A DNA stretch of 64,000 bases. It comes from an uncultured Gemmatimonadales bacterium. Its GTDB lineage: Bacteria > Gemmatimonadota > Gemmatimonadetes > Gemmatimonadales > Gemmatimonadaceae. The first letter of the stretch is position 1, and every line of letters begins with the position of its first letter. A program made the translations under genes and the position numbers. Below the pieces are notes generated by a model. That model saw only the letters and a program-made list of their open reading frames with translations, was not told the origin of the DNA and did no database searches. This document shows, piece by piece, positions 1 through 10,593 of the stretch. Location: the NCBI GenBank assembly GCA_963851265.1, contig CAWKNZ010000002.1:544001-608000 (forward strand), written 5' to 3'.

Positions 1-555
1 GTCCATCCGGTCCGCCACGCGCCCGATGAGGCCGCGGAGCTCGCGGCGCAGCCCGTCCGATACGGCGATCGGCGCGTCGCTCGCCCGGAGGGCTGCCCGG
101 AGCGCCCAGCGCCGGCGCGCGGCGCTCGTCTCGTGCCCGGTTCCGTGCATCGTGATCACGTGCCGCACGCGGCTGCCTGCGGTGGCGGCCGCGCCGAACA
201 TCGCGAGTCCGATCATGTGGCTGTGCAGAACGTCCGCCTTCATGTCGGCCATCGCGCGCCGGATCTCCGCGACCGGCGTCCACCGCACGCGCCCGAGCGA
301 CAACGGCCGGCTCGGGACGTCGACTCCCCGCAGTTGCGCATCCAGCCACCCCGAGCCTCGCGCCGGGATCAGCAGCTCGACGTGGTGTCCGCGTGCGCGC
401 AAACCGGTGGCGAGGTGCGCGAGCATCGTCTCGGCCCCTCCCATGCGGTCCGACTCGGTCGCGAGCGCGATGCGCAGCGGCCGTGCTGCGTCGCGATCCG
501 CTGCCGCGATCGGTCGACCGTCGCGACCCGCGGCGTACACCGGGGCGGCGCTCAT
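1..555 (-). CDS. GT4-family glycosyltransferase, N-terminal part (runs off window edge)
   Basis: Not in ORF track. ATG at 555 overlaps the upstream TGA (ATGA). Translation MSAAPVYAAG...LRIALATESDRMGGAETMLAHLATGLRARGHHVELL...DVLHSH...HVITMHG is a typical GT4 N-terminal domain; open to position 1. Confidence 0.85.
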   Translation of the reverse strand, partial: MSAAPVYAAGRDGRPIAAADRDAARPLRIALATESDRMGGAETMLAHLATGLRARGHHVELLIPARGSGWLDAQLRGVDVPSRPLSLGRVRWTPVAEIRRAMADMKADVLHSHMIGLAMFGAAATAGSRVRHVITMHGTGHETSAARRRWALRAALRASDAPIAVSDGLRRELRGLIGRVADRMD

Positions 556-1406
556 GCCGCGGCAGACATTTCGGTCACGAGCGACTCGATCTCCGAGCCG
601 TCGCCCACGCGGGCCACGACTGCGAACGCGTCGCCGGCGGTGGCGCGGCGCAGGACGCTCGCGTGGTTGGTCCGCGTGTCATCGTGTGTACGACACAGCA
701 CGAGAAGGCCGCGTGCGCGGACGTACGTGCGGAGGTGGGCGATCATGCGCTCGAGCGTCGGCTGGTCGAAATAGTCACGATTGAGCACGTTCGCCGCACG
801 GACGACGTCGAATCGGTCGCGCCACTCGGGACGGAGCGTCGTCAGGTCGTGTTCGCGGACGGTCACGCGCGCGTGGCGCGCGAGGCGTGGCGAGATGAGC
901 TGCACGGGGGTACCCCGTGCGGCGCCGGCCGGTCCGCCGACCAGGCGTTCGGCCGCATCGAACACTTGCTGAAGTGCCGCGCGGGCGCTCGACCCGGCGG
1001 GATCATGGGGTCGCCCCTTAACGGCGACCGGCGTCGCGATCTGGAGTACGTGCCCCTTCGGGTCACACAGCAGATCGACGCCGGCAATCCGCAGCAGGAA
1101 TGCAGAGACGGAGAGGTCGACCGCGACGACCTCCGGTTCCATGCCGTGCTCGGCTAGTGTGTCCATCAGTTCGAGCGTCGTCACGCCCGACGACACGCCG
1201 ACGTCGAGCACGTCGGCGTGCGTTCCGGGCGTGAGCGCCCTCGCGACCGCCGCGTCGACGTCGGGCATGCGGTCGGGGTACGTCGTCTTGTACGTACCGT
1301 TTGGCAGGCGCAGGTTGCGGAAGAAGCGAGTCTCGGTCGCGACCTCCGCCTCCGCCAACCGGTCCGCGGCTGGGAAAAAGAATGCTCGGGCCGACGGCAT
1401 CGACAT
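552..1406 (-). CDS. Class I SAM-dependent methyltransferase-like protein (CheR-like C-terminal motifs), EPS-cluster associated
   Basis: VLDVGVSSGVTT resembles SAM motif I; VREHDL and FDVVRAANVLNRDYF...RGLLVL resemble later motifs. Confidence 0.65.
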   Translation of the reverse strand: MSMPSARAFFFPAADRLAEAEVATETRFFRNLRLPNGTYKTTYPDRMPDVDAAVARALTPGTHADVLDVGVSSGVTTLELMDTLAEHGMEPEVVAVDLSVSAFLLRIAGVDLLCDPKGHVLQIATPVAVKGRPHDPAGSSARAALQQVFDAAERLVGGPAGAARGTPVQLISPRLARHARVTVREHDLTTLRPEWRDRFDVVRAANVLNRDYFDQPTLERMIAHLRTYVRARGLLVLCRTHDDTRTNHASVLRRATAGDAFAVVARVGDGSEIESLVTEMSAAA

Positions 1407-1419
1407 CCCGCGACCCGCC

Positions 1420-2478
1420 TCAGCGTTGCGGCGCGGCGAGCGCGTCGAGCGGAACCGGCGTCGCAGGCGGGAGGCGGCGCACAGGTGTCGCGCTACGGCC
1501 TTCGCTGCGGTACCACGCGACCGTACGCCGGATGCCCTCGTCGAGCGTCACGCGGGGTCGGAATCCCGCTGCGCGCACCTTGTCCGCTTCGAACTTGGTT
1601 TGGTCGGCCGCGAGCTTTCGTACGCGGGCCGACGAGATCGGCAGGTTGCGACCCGTGAGTCGAATGACGAGGTCGAAAGGAGCGGCGAGAGCGATCGCCA
1701 TCTCGAGCGGCAACCGAAGCCGCGGCGCGGGGCGACCGAGCGCGGCCGAGATCACGGCGGCGATCTGCGCGCTGGTGAGATCAGGCTTTTCGACCCAGTG
1801 GAACGCGTCGAATGGTGCACCCGCCGGCCGGTCCCAAAGGTAGAGCGTCGCGTCGACGAGGTTCTCGACGTACGACAGACTCTTCACGTTGTCACCCGCC
1901 CCGACCTGGACGAACAACCCGCTGTCGATCTGGCGTATGAGCGAAAACATGTTCGCGAAGTTGCCAGCCCCGAACGTCACGGTCGGCCGAATGATCAGCG
2001 CGCGCCGATCGGGCGCGCCTTCCGCCCACCGCCGGAAGACGTGTTCGCCGGCGAGCTTCGAGGCGCCGTAATCGCTGTTGGGCGCGGTGGGGCTGTCTTC
2101 GTGGTGAGGTTCCGGTGCGTTCCCGAAGATCGCCACACTCGAGTAGAAGCACACGTCGCGCACGCCCGCCGCGTCCATGGCTGCGCACAGTACCTTCGCC
2201 GCGCCCTCATTCACGCCGAAGTACGTTGCGTGGTCGATCCCGAAATCGTGGTGCGCGGCCGCGAGGTGGAACACCGCATCGCAGCCGTCGAGCGCGGCGC
2301 GAACGGCCGCGGGGTCGCGGACGTCTCCACGGATGAACCGCACGGACGACGTGTTGCCGTCGAGCAGCGGCGCATCCCGCGCGATGTCCAGCACCGTGAC
2401 GCGGTCGCCCCGCGCGATCAGGGCGGTGCAGAGCAGCCGTCCTATGAATCCGGCTCCGCCGGTTACGAGGTAGTGCAT
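1420..2478 (-). CDS. NAD-dependent epimerase/dehydratase (extended SDR)
   Basis: Start re-called at MHYLVTGGAGFIG; HLAA, YSSVAIFG and the YGASK catalytic motif. Confidence 0.9.
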   Translation of the reverse strand: MHYLVTGGAGFIGRLLCTALIARGDRVTVLDIARDAPLLDGNTSSVRFIRGDVRDPAAVRAALDGCDAVFHLAAAHHDFGIDHATYFGVNEGAAKVLCAAMDAAGVRDVCFYSSVAIFGNAPEPHHEDSPTAPNSDYGASKLAGEHVFRRWAEGAPDRRALIIRPTVTFGAGNFANMFSLIRQIDSGLFVQVGAGDNVKSLSYVENLVDATLYLWDRPAGAPFDAFHWVEKPDLTSAQIAAVISAALGRPAPRLRLPLEMAIALAAPFDLVIRLTGRNLPISSARVRKLAADQTKFEADKVRAAGFRPRVTLDEGIRRTVAWYRSEGRSATPVRRLPPATPVPLDALAAPQR

Positions 2479-2554
2479 CAATTGCGAGGTTGACCGGGTG
2501 TCTTCGGGTGACGACGGCCGAAGGTCGATGTCACCCGCCCTGTTGTCGTCCCAC

Positions 2555-3766
2555 TCACGGCGCGGGATCGGGCACGTCCTCGGGCGCCTGCCCGGCCGCG
2601 ACCGCTTCGAGGGCTCGAGCCGAGTTCTCGACGAGGCGCGCGGCTGTGAAGGTCGACGCGATGTGCGCGCGCGCCCGCGCGCCGAGGGCGCCGCGCGCGT
2701 CGCCGTCGAGCGCGAGCACGCGGAGTATGCCGGCGGCGAGCGCGTCCGGTGCGTGTGGGGGAACGACGACGCCCGCGTCGCCGACGACGAACCGTGCGTC
2801 GCCGCTCGCAGCGGCGACGCACGGCGTGCCGCACGCCATGCCTTCGGCGAGCACGTTTGGAAACCCCTCGCCAAACACAGACGCGCTCACTACCACGTCC
2901 GCCGCGTTGTAGAGTCCGACGACGTCGCGGACCGCCGGAATCCACGTCACGCGATCGGCGATGCGGTGATGCTCGGCAACCGACCGCAGCTCGTCGCGAA
3001 CGCGGTCCGGCCCGTCGCCGGCGCACACGATGCGGATCCGCCGGTCAGGCGATGCGGCCAGCACGCGCGCGGCGGCGTCTAGGAAGACCGCATGTCCTTT
3101 CATCGGGTCCATGCGCGCCGGGAGTGCAATCACCGCGTCGCGAACGTCGACGCCGGCCGACGCTCGCCATCTCCGGCCGGCATCGGGGTCGGGCCGGAAG
3201 TGCTCCACATCGATCCCGTTCGGGATGACGATGAACCGGTCGCGCGGGTATCCCTCGGCGACATGGGACGCACGACCGGCGAAGGAGTTGGCGATCACGA
3301 GGTCCGGGAACCGGGACAGACGGACGCCCGCGCGATGCACTCGCCGGCGAAATGCCGTGTACGCTTCCGGGTCCTGATCCGAGATTCGCACTCCCCACAC
3401 CACGCGCGCGCCGGCGGCGCGGCCCGCGAGGAGCGAGATCTCGTTCGCCGGGATCATGTAGCCGTGCACGACGTGCGGCCGGATCTCGCGCGTCAGTTGC
3501 ACCAAGCGGCGGAAGAAGCTCGCGACGTCCCAGCGGCCCGTCTTCCCGATCGCGATGCGGCGCACGTGGGGCGCGTCGTCAAGGCTCTCCCAGATCGGGC
3601 CGGCGGAGTCGTACATCGACACGAGCGTGACGTCGAAGCGGCTCACTGGCAGCCCGCGCGCAAGCAGGGCGAGCTGCCGCTCGGCACCGCCGACCGCGAT
3701 CTCGCGAATCAGGAACATGATGCGAATCCGCCCGCCGGGCGGGCTGGTCGCGCGACGAACTGTCAT
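2555..3766 (-). CDS. GT4-family glycosyltransferase
   Basis: GGAERQL, IPNGID, EGFPNVLAEGMACG (E-x7-E); start at ATG 3766 is approximate. Confidence 0.9.
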   Translation of the reverse strand: MTVRRATSPPGGRIRIMFLIREIAVGGAERQLALLARGLPVSRFDVTLVSMYDSAGPIWESLDDAPHVRRIAIGKTGRWDVASFFRRLVQLTREIRPHVVHGYMIPANEISLLAGRAAGARVVWGVRISDQDPEAYTAFRRRVHRAGVRLSRFPDLVIANSFAGRASHVAEGYPRDRFIVIPNGIDVEHFRPDPDAGRRWRASAGVDVRDAVIALPARMDPMKGHAVFLDAAARVLAASPDRRIRIVCAGDGPDRVRDELRSVAEHHRIADRVTWIPAVRDVVGLYNAADVVVSASVFGEGFPNVLAEGMACGTPCVAAASGDARFVVGDAGVVVPPHAPDALAAGILRVLALDGDARGALGARARAHIASTFTAARLVENSARALEAVAAGQAPEDVPDPAP

Positions 3767-3927
3767 CCTGTGCGTGAATATACTTGCCCACGTCAGCCAG
3801 TTCGGCGGGTCGCGCATAGTTTTTTGCGATCGTCGCGCGGTCGCGTCGCGCGGATCACGTGACGACCCTGACGCGGCCGTCGCTCGACTCGTGCGCCGCC
3901 GTCGAGACTACCAGGTGCTCCCCGCCC

Positions 3928-4995
3928 ATGTCTGCTGCCGTCCTCGTCACCGGCGCCGCCGGCTTCATCGGAATGCACGTCGCCGAGCGGCTGCTCGCGC
4001 GTGGCGAGCGCGTAATCGGGTTGGACGATCTCAACAGCTATTACGACCCACGTCTGAAGGGCGCGCGACTCGATCGACTGCAAAGCCATCCGCATTTCGA
4101 GTTCGTCCGCCTGACGTTGGCGGACCGCGCGGGGATGGAGGCGCTGTTCGCGCGCGGCGACATCGAGCGCGTGGTGCATCTCGCGGCGCAGGCCGGCGTG
4201 CGCCACTCGATCGAACACCCGCACGACTACATCGACGCGAACCTCGTCGGCTTCCTGCACGTGCTCGAAGGGTGCCGGCACGCGACCGTTCGTCACCTCG
4301 TGTACGCGTCGACGTCGTCGGTGTACGGGCTGAACACGGCGATGCCGTTCAGCGTGCACCACGACGCGAGTCACCCGATGAGTCTCTACGCCGCGACGAA
4401 GCGCGCGAACGAACTCATGGCTCATTCCTACAGCCACCTGTACGGGCTGCCGACCACGGGGCTCCGCTTCTTCACGGTCTACGGGCCGTGGGGGCGGCCC
4501 GACATGGCGCTGTTCAAGTTCGCCCGCGCCATCCTCGCCGGCGAACCGATCGACGTGTACAACAACGGCGACATGCAGCGGGACTTCACCTATGTCGACG
4601 ACATCGCCGAGGGCGTGATCCGCGCGCTCGACCGTCCCGCGGAGCCGGACCCTGCATGGGACCCTGCCGCACCTGATCCCGCGAACTCGTCGGCGCCGTA
4701 CCGCCTCTACAACATCGGGAATAGCGCGCCCGTTCAGCTGCTGCGATTCATCGCCGCCCTCGAGCGGTCGCTCGGCAGATCGGCCGAGATGCGCATGCTG
4801 CCGATGCAACCGGGAGATGTTCCGGCCACGTCCGCGGACGTCGCCGACCTGGTGCGAGACGTCGGGTTTGCGCCGGCCACGCCGGTCGAGGAAGGCGTGC
4901 GACGCTTCGCGGAGTGGTACCTCTCGTACTACGGCGTAGCAGCAGCAGGCGAGGGCGACACTCGGGCGACGGTCGGCGTGGCGAGTTCCGCGTAG
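3928..4995 (+). CDS. UDP-glucuronate 4-epimerase-like NAD-dependent epimerase
   Basis: [54 protein letters not shown]: Uge/LpsL/CapI signature. Confidence 0.92.
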   Translation: MSAAVLVTGAAGFIGMHVAERLLARGERVIGLDDLNSYYDPRLKGARLDRLQSHPHFEFVRLTLADRAGMEALFARGDIERVVHLAAQAGVRHSIEHPHDYIDANLVGFLHVLEGCRHATVRHLVYASTSSVYGLNTAMPFSVHHDASHPMSLYAATKRANELMAHSYSHLYGLPTTGLRFFTVYGPWGRPDMALFKFARAILAGEPIDVYNNGDMQRDFTYVDDIAEGVIRALDRPAEPDPAWDPAAPDPANSSAPYRLYNIGNSAPVQLLRFIAALERSLGRSAEMRMLPMQPGDVPATSADVADLVRDVGFAPATPVEEGVRRFAEWYLSYYGVAAAGEGDTRATVGVASSA

Positions 4996-6107
4996 AGCGC
5001 GAGGTGCGCGTCGACGCGCGCGTCGAGCGAGAAGCGGCGTATGGTGGCGGCGCGCGCCGCCGCAGCCCCGGGCGTGCGCGCCAGTGCGAGCCCGCGCCGG
5101 ATGCCGTCGGCGAGCGCACCGGGGTCGAAGGGCGGAACGACTACGCCGGCGAGCGGGTCGGTAAGCACTTCGGGGACTGCGCCGACGCGCGTCGCCACCA
5201 CGGGCACGTCGTGATCGAGCGCCTCCAGCATCACGTTCGGCAGCCCCTCGCTGCGCGACGGGATCACGACGCACGTCAGCTGCCCGTACACATGACCCAC
5301 ATCGCGGACGGTCCCCGCAAACGCCACGTGCGCGTCGAGGCCGAGGGCGCGCGCGCGCGCCGTTAATAGCGCGCGATCGGGGCCGTCGCCGACGACGACC
5401 GCCCGGAACTGCTCGCCGGCGTCGACGAGGCGCCGGCAAGCGTCGAGAAACAGGTCGACGCCCTTTTCCGACGAGAGCCGTCCCACGACGCCGAGGATCG
5501 CGTCGTCGGCGGCCGGCGCAGGTCGAAACAGCCCGCGGACGTCGAGCGCCGCCGAGTCCGGCGATCGCGGAAGCTGGGCGACCGCGTTGTACACGACGCG
5601 GACGCGGGTTCCCATCCGCGCGAACGCATCGCGGTGGACCGACGACATCACGGCAAGTCGATCGGCACGTGCCATCGCGCGGCGGTCGATCCAGTTGTAC
5701 GCGCGGACCTTGAGATTCTCGGTCGTGCCGCCGTGAAAGAAGGCGAGCCATCGCCAGCGCGGAGTCGACGCGGCGCGCAGTGCTGCCACGATCGCGGAGG
5801 GCTTGTACCCATGCGTTTCGACGACGTCCGGGTCGAACGCGGCGAGTGCCGCGGCGGCTCGCTTTACCATGCCGACGTCGGCCGGGCCGTACTCCGGGAC
5901 GATCACGTGGTCCGCCCCGAGTCCGTCGAGGTACGCCGCGTATGGCGCAGGCGCGCGCCCGGCGCGGTGAAACAGGACCACGCGATGGTCGACGCCGCGG
6001 TCACGGAGCGCCGGCCCCATGGGCGCGAGCTGCCGTCCCGCGCCAAACACTTCGTACGTGTCGATCAGCGCGGCGACACGCAGTCGCCGCTGCGGCGGGT
6101 CCGTCAG
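4929..6107 (-). CDS. GT4-family glycosyltransferase
   Basis: VGRLSSEKG and [13 protein letters not shown]. Start uncertain; CTG at 6107 overlapping the upstream TGA is proposed. Confidence 0.85.
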   Translation of the reverse strand: MTDPPQRRLRVAALIDTYEVFGAGRQLAPMGPALRDRGVDHRVVLFHRAGRAPAPYAAYLDGLGADHVIVPEYGPADVGMVKRAAAALAAFDPDVVETHGYKPSAIVAALRAASTPRWRWLAFFHGGTTENLKVRAYNWIDRRAMARADRLAVMSSVHRDAFARMGTRVRVVYNAVAQLPRSPDSAALDVRGLFRPAPAADDAILGVVGRLSSEKGVDLFLDACRRLVDAGEQFRAVVVGDGPDRALLTARARALGLDAHVAFAGTVRDVGHVYGQLTCVVIPSRSEGLPNVMLEALDHDVPVVATRVGAVPEVLTDPLAGVVVPPFDPGALADGIRRGLALARTPGAAAARAATIRRFSLDARVDAHLALYAELATPTVARVSPSPAAATP

Positions 6108-6907
6108 TGCGCGCCCTTCCGGAAGATCATCACCGGCAGCGTCATGCACATGATGCGTACGTCGAACCACACGCTCTGACGTCCGATGTAGTCGAGGTCG
6201 TACCGCACCTTCTCCTTCACATCCTCGAGGCACGAATCGTAACTGTGGTTGATCTGCGCCCAGCCCGTGATGCCGGGACGGACGCGAAGCCGCTGGGTGT
6301 ACTCGGGGATGTCGGCGCGCAGGCGGACGACGATGCTCGGGCGCTCGGGGCGCGGGCCGACGATGTTCATCTCACCGCGCAGCACGTTGATGAGCTGCGG
6401 GACCTCGTCGAGCCGCGTCTTGCGGATGACCGCGCCGACGGGCGTCACGCGCGCGTCCTGCTTGGTCGCCCACACCGCCTGCCCATTCGCCTCGGCATTC
6501 ACGCGCATCGAGCGGAACTTCAGGATCGTGAACGGCTGGCCACCGAGGTCTTCGACGCGGCGTTCGCCCGGGGCGTTCGCCGCGGGCCGACGCCAGCGGC
6601 GGTCGAGACCGACGCGCGTCTGCGTGTAGAACACGGGGCCGGGCGACGACAGCTTGACCGCGAGCGCCACGAGCACGCAAATCGGCGCGAGCAGGAGCAG
6701 GGCGACCGCCGCGATGACGATGTTCATCGCCCGCGTGAGCCACTCGAGTCGTTCGGCCGGAGTAACGCCAAGATCGTCCAGGGGGCCCGGAGCCGGCGTG
6801 CTGACCGCGGCCGTTGCGCCCGACGGCCACGGGGTGATGGCGATCTCACCCGTCGTGGCGAGCGTGGTGCGGCCGAGACCCACATGCGCGCTCACGTGCG
6901 CGTTCAC
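6104..6907 (-). CDS. Priming sugar-phosphate transferase (Bac_transf, WcaJ/WbaP catalytic domain)
   Basis: One TM segment then SPGPVFYTQTRVG, KFRSM, LDEVPQLINVLRGEMNIVGPRPERP, RPGITGWAQ; GTG start approximate. Confidence 0.92.
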   Translation of the reverse strand: MNAHVSAHVGLGRTTLATTGEIAITPWPSGATAAVSTPAPGPLDDLGVTPAERLEWLTRAMNIVIAAVALLLLAPICVLVALAVKLSSPGPVFYTQTRVGLDRRWRRPAANAPGERRVEDLGGQPFTILKFRSMRVNAEANGQAVWATKQDARVTPVGAVIRKTRLDEVPQLINVLRGEMNIVGPRPERPSIVVRLRADIPEYTQRLRVRPGITGWAQINHSYDSCLEDVKEKVRYDLDYIGRQSVWFDVRIMCMTLPVMIFRKGAH

Positions 6908-7002
6908 GAACGGCCCCGACCCGACGTTCCCATTCGGAACGAGGAGGCCGGGCGGCAGACTCGGCAGTGTGGATGAGGCAATCTCGCGGTGAAGCACGGC
7001 GG

Positions 7003-7911
7003 TCAGTTCGTGTTGTACGCCGAACGGATCAGGAGCAGCAAACTCGTGAGCGCCGAAATCCCGAAGAAAATGCTCGTCGCGCTCGGGAACCGGCTCCCCT
7101 TCGGCTCGTCGATCCGGACTTCGTCGCCGGACCGAATACCGAGGTCGTCGAGGGTGCGGCCGTCGCGGATCGCGACCTGGACCGCCTTCGTATCGTACAG
7201 CTGCTTCGACCCTCGACTCACCGTCATGCGCCCCTTCTTCTGGTTCGCGGCGCCGGGACCACCGGCGAGCGTGATCGCGTCGGCGAGCTGCCGGTCCGGA
7301 TCGACGGTGTAGTACCCGGGGCGGGGAACGGACCCGATGATCGCCACGCGCGTGAGCGGGACCACGCGAAGCCGCGGGTCGCGCACGTACTTCCGCTCGT
7401 ACTCGGCGACGGTGTTGGGCAGTTCGGACCGGAGGACGCCATTCAGCGGCGCGTCGGCCCACGTGTTGAGTGAGAACACCGGGCCCGTCGGGGCGTCGCG
7501 CACGATCACGGTGTCGCCACCCGTTCCCGGCCGGCCGAGCAGGAGGTCCTGGATGAGGAAGCGATCGCCCGAGCGAAAATCGCCTAGGGTCAGACGGCGC
7601 CGGATTTCGTCGACTTCGTCGCGGCGCGACTTGCCCGCGTTGCTCACCGTGTCGAGGCGGGCGAGCGAGTCGAGACGTGTCGTCAGCTGCGACCGGGTCG
7701 CATCGGGCGTGTACGCGGTCACGGACGTCGGCACCGGCCGCTCGCTGAGCACCGCGGCCACCTGGGGTGCCGGCTGTGGCGATTGCGTCTGCTGCGGCTG
7801 TACGGGGGCCTGCGCGAACGCCACTCCCGCCGGGGCGAGCAGCGCGGCGCACAGGCCGGCCCGCCAGCACTGGGCGAGCAACCCGCGGCAGAAGACGAAG
7901 TAAGGCATCAT
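7003..7911 (-). CDS. Polysaccharide export protein with SLBB domain (Wza/OPX-like)
   Basis: Signal peptide (AFA|Q), VAIIGSVPRPGYY, LADAITLAGG, IRSGDEVRI, C-terminal hydrophobic helix; next to a wzc-like gene. Confidence 0.8.
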   Translation of the reverse strand: MMPYFVFCRGLLAQCWRAGLCAALLAPAGVAFAQAPVQPQQTQSPQPAPQVAAVLSERPVPTSVTAYTPDATRSQLTTRLDSLARLDTVSNAGKSRRDEVDEIRRRLTLGDFRSGDRFLIQDLLLGRPGTGGDTVIVRDAPTGPVFSLNTWADAPLNGVLRSELPNTVAEYERKYVRDPRLRVVPLTRVAIIGSVPRPGYYTVDPDRQLADAITLAGGPGAANQKKGRMTVSRGSKQLYDTKAVQVAIRDGRTLDDLGIRSGDEVRIDEPKGSRFPSATSIFFGISALTSLLLLIRSAYNTN

Positions 7912-8109
7912 AGAATCGGATGGGAAACGGCCGTGCGCATCACCGGCTCGGTCGTCGCCACGCGTTTATCGTACCGCCGCCGGTGCCTCACGGCAATGAA
8001 TGTCGGCATGCAGCAAGGAAAAAGTAGCGTCACGAAACCGCGCCGTGCCGCACACGACGCGCGTCACGGCCGGGTCGTAGCATCGACGCTTCGCCCCGGC
8101 CGCGGCGCG

Positions 8110-10593
8110 CTAGCGGCCTGCCGTCTCGCGCGCGTCGTCGCGCGCCGACGCGGTCTCGCCCGGGAGCAGGGGCTGCTCGGGCGCCGTGTCGTCGACGACG
8201 ACGTAGTCAGGATCGTACGAGTAGTACTGGTACATGTTCGTCTCGGTCCCCACGCCGTTGAGGATCGCGCCCGCGACGGCGACGGGAAGGTGGTCGAAGA
8301 TCTTGAGCTTCGCCTTCGCGAGCCGCACGTCGGTGACGCCGCTACGGAGGACGACGGCGAGCTGGCCGCACGCGGTGCCGACGGCGTAGGCGTCGGTGCC
8401 AGCGCCTAACGGCGGCGTGTCGACGATGATCGCGTCGTGGTCGGCGCCGAGAGCGGCGAGCAGCTGCGGCAGGCGCGCGGTGGCGAGCAGCTCGGGGGCC
8501 CGGCGGTGCCGCTGACCGCCCGGCACGACCCAGAGGTTCTCGTGCCCCGTAGGGTGCACGACCTCCGACAGGAGGCTCGTGCCCTCGAGATACTCGACGA
8601 GCCCCGGCGACGCGGGGAGGTCGAACGTGCCGTTGAGCTGACCGCGGCGCACGTCGGCGTCGACGAGCACGGTCTTCCACCCGCCCTGCGCAAAGGCGAG
8701 CGCGAGGTTACTCGCGATGAGGGATTTCCCGTCGCCGGCGCCGGGGCTGGTGATCCCGATCGCGACCGGTTGGTTGGGCGCTGCGGCGTATCGCACGTTG
8801 AGGCGCAGCGCGCGGAACGCCTCGACGATCTGCGCCGCGCGCTCGGCGGACTGCCTGCCGCGGCCGTCATCGATGCGAGGTACGACGCCGAGCACCGAAA
8901 GGCCGAGCTCGCGCGTGACCTGTTCGGGGTAGCGGAAGCGGCGGTCGAGGATGTCGAGGAGGAGGGCCAGCACGACGCCGAGGGCTAGGCCCCCCGCGGT
9001 CGCGAGCGCGACGAGGCGGCTGCCGGTGCTGCTGGACGGCGTGAGCGGCATCACCGCCGAGTCGAGGACCTTGACGTCCGGCACCGAGGCCTGCTGTGCG
9101 AGGCTCGCGCCCGCGTAGTCGGACCGGAGGCGCGAATAAATGTCACCCTGCACCGAGACCTCGCGCCGGAGCGCGCCCTCGGCGGTGGTCCGAGCTGGGA
9201 TGGACTGCAGTTCGCGGGTCGCGGCGCCGAGTTGCTGCTGGACCGACGCCTCGCGGGTCTTCAGTGCGCCGATAAAGGCGTTGTTCTGCCGCAGCACGTT
9301 CTCGCGCGCGGCCGCGACGGCCTGCCGCTGGATCTTGACCGACGGCTCGGAATCGGTGAAGACGATTCGCGCCTTGTCGAGCTTGGTCTGTTGCTCGTTG
9401 TAGTCGGCGATGGCGGCCTTGAGCGGCGCCGCGCCCGGATCGCGGGCGACCGTGCTCACCGAATTGATGGCATCGACCGGCAGCGGACCGCCGGTCCGGA
9501 TCTGCTGCCCGATGCGCTCCAGCTGCTCGCGATCCGTGCGCGTCCCGTCGAGTTCGATCTTGCGAATCGCGAAGTTGTTGATCACCGGATCGCGCGTCAC
9601 CGTACCACCGCCGTTCGCGTCGCCCGCCGACACGACGACCTCCGACGGCTGCGTGATCGCGCCGACGCGGAACTGCTCGAGCGCGCGCTCCGACCCCTCG
9701 AGCTTCTGGCGCGCGGCTTCGAGCTGCGCGGCCAGCGTCGTCGCCTGCTGGTTCAGCTCGCGCTTCTTCAGATCGGTGGCGACGGTCACGAACTGGTCGA
9801 GCATCGCGTTCAGCGTCGCGGCCGGCCGCTGCTCGGCCGTCCCGTGCAGGCGCAGGTAGATGATCGGACTGCGCTCGTCGACGAACACGCCGAAGCGGTT
9901 GAGGACGTCGATGGTTGCTTCGCGCGGCGTGACCACCGTGAACTCGACCGACCGCTTGGCACTGCCGACCACATTGGCGCGCGGCGCCCACGCGAAGCCG
10001 GCCTTCCGGCCGATAGAGTCGCCGACGACTCCGGACTCGTTGACGGCGCCGACCTTGTCGGTCAGCGTCCAGCGTCCGGCGTTGACGTTGAGCGTGTAGT
10101 CGCCCGGGAAAAACCGATTCTGCGTGCGGTCGATCCCGAAGTTCGCGAACAGCAGCGAGTCGGACGCGTGCTGCGGACGGACGTAGAGCGCGAGTCGCAG
10201 CACCACGGGATCGGTGATCGCCGGGGCGCGGAGCAGGTCGCGCCACCCGCTGATTTGCGTGAGCGCGCCGCCGCGGGCTGTCCCGCCCGATCCGCCGGTC
10301 TGTGCAGACGGGGTGGTGAAGACGTCGGCGTTGACATCGTACTCCGGAGTCACGAACCGGCCGGCGACGACGCCCCCGATCGCTCCGATTGCCGTCGTCG
10401 CGACAATGATCCACTTGAAGCGCTGGAGGGCGCTCGCCAGGCGGCCGACGGTGATCGCGCTCGCCAGACCGCCCTCTTCGGGCGGCGGTCCGTACGCGGC
10501 CGCGGGGTCATACCCCTGGAGGCCGGCTGGCTCGGCGGGGGCGGGCAGCGACGGCTCGCCGCCAATCGGGACGGGCGTCAGGTTCGCAGACAT
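8110..10593 (-). CDS. wzc: Polysaccharide co-polymerase / tyrosine autokinase (Wzc-like)
   Basis: Two TM segments around a coiled-coil domain, Walker A SPGAGDGKS, LVDADVRR, IIVDTPP, C-terminal Tyr cluster YQYYSYDPDY. Confidence 0.92.
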   Translation of the reverse strand: MSANLTPVPIGGEPSLPAPAEPAGLQGYDPAAAYGPPPEEGGLASAITVGRLASALQRFKWIIVATTAIGAIGGVVAGRFVTPEYDVNADVFTTPSAQTGGSGGTARGGALTQISGWRDLLRAPAITDPVVLRLALYVRPQHASDSLLFANFGIDRTQNRFFPGDYTLNVNAGRWTLTDKVGAVNESGVVGDSIGRKAGFAWAPRANVVGSAKRSVEFTVVTPREATIDVLNRFGVFVDERSPIIYLRLHGTAEQRPAATLNAMLDQFVTVATDLKKRELNQQATTLAAQLEAARQKLEGSERALEQFRVGAITQPSEVVVSAGDANGGGTVTRDPVINNFAIRKIELDGTRTDREQLERIGQQIRTGGPLPVDAINSVSTVARDPGAAPLKAAIADYNEQQTKLDKARIVFTDSEPSVKIQRQAVAAARENVLRQNNAFIGALKTREASVQQQLGAATRELQSIPARTTAEGALRREVSVQGDIYSRLRSDYAGASLAQQASVPDVKVLDSAVMPLTPSSSTGSRLVALATAGGLALGVVLALLLDILDRRFRYPEQVTRELGLSVLGVVPRIDDGRGRQSAERAAQIVEAFRALRLNVRYAAAPNQPVAIGITSPGAGDGKSLIASNLALAFAQGGWKTVLVDADVRRGQLNGTFDLPASPGLVEYLEGTSLLSEVVHPTGHENLWVVPGGQRHRRAPELLATARLPQLLAALGADHDAIIVDTPPLGAGTDAYAVGTACGQLAVVLRSGVTDVRLAKAKLKIFDHLPVAVAGAILNGVGTETNMYQYYSYDPDYVVVDDTAPEQPLLPGETASARDDARETAGR

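Noticed and set aside
3812..3828. Sigma-54-like sites at 3812-3828, 13799-13814 and 27596-27610
   Set aside because: They lack the GG-N10-GC spacing or the GG dinucleotide.
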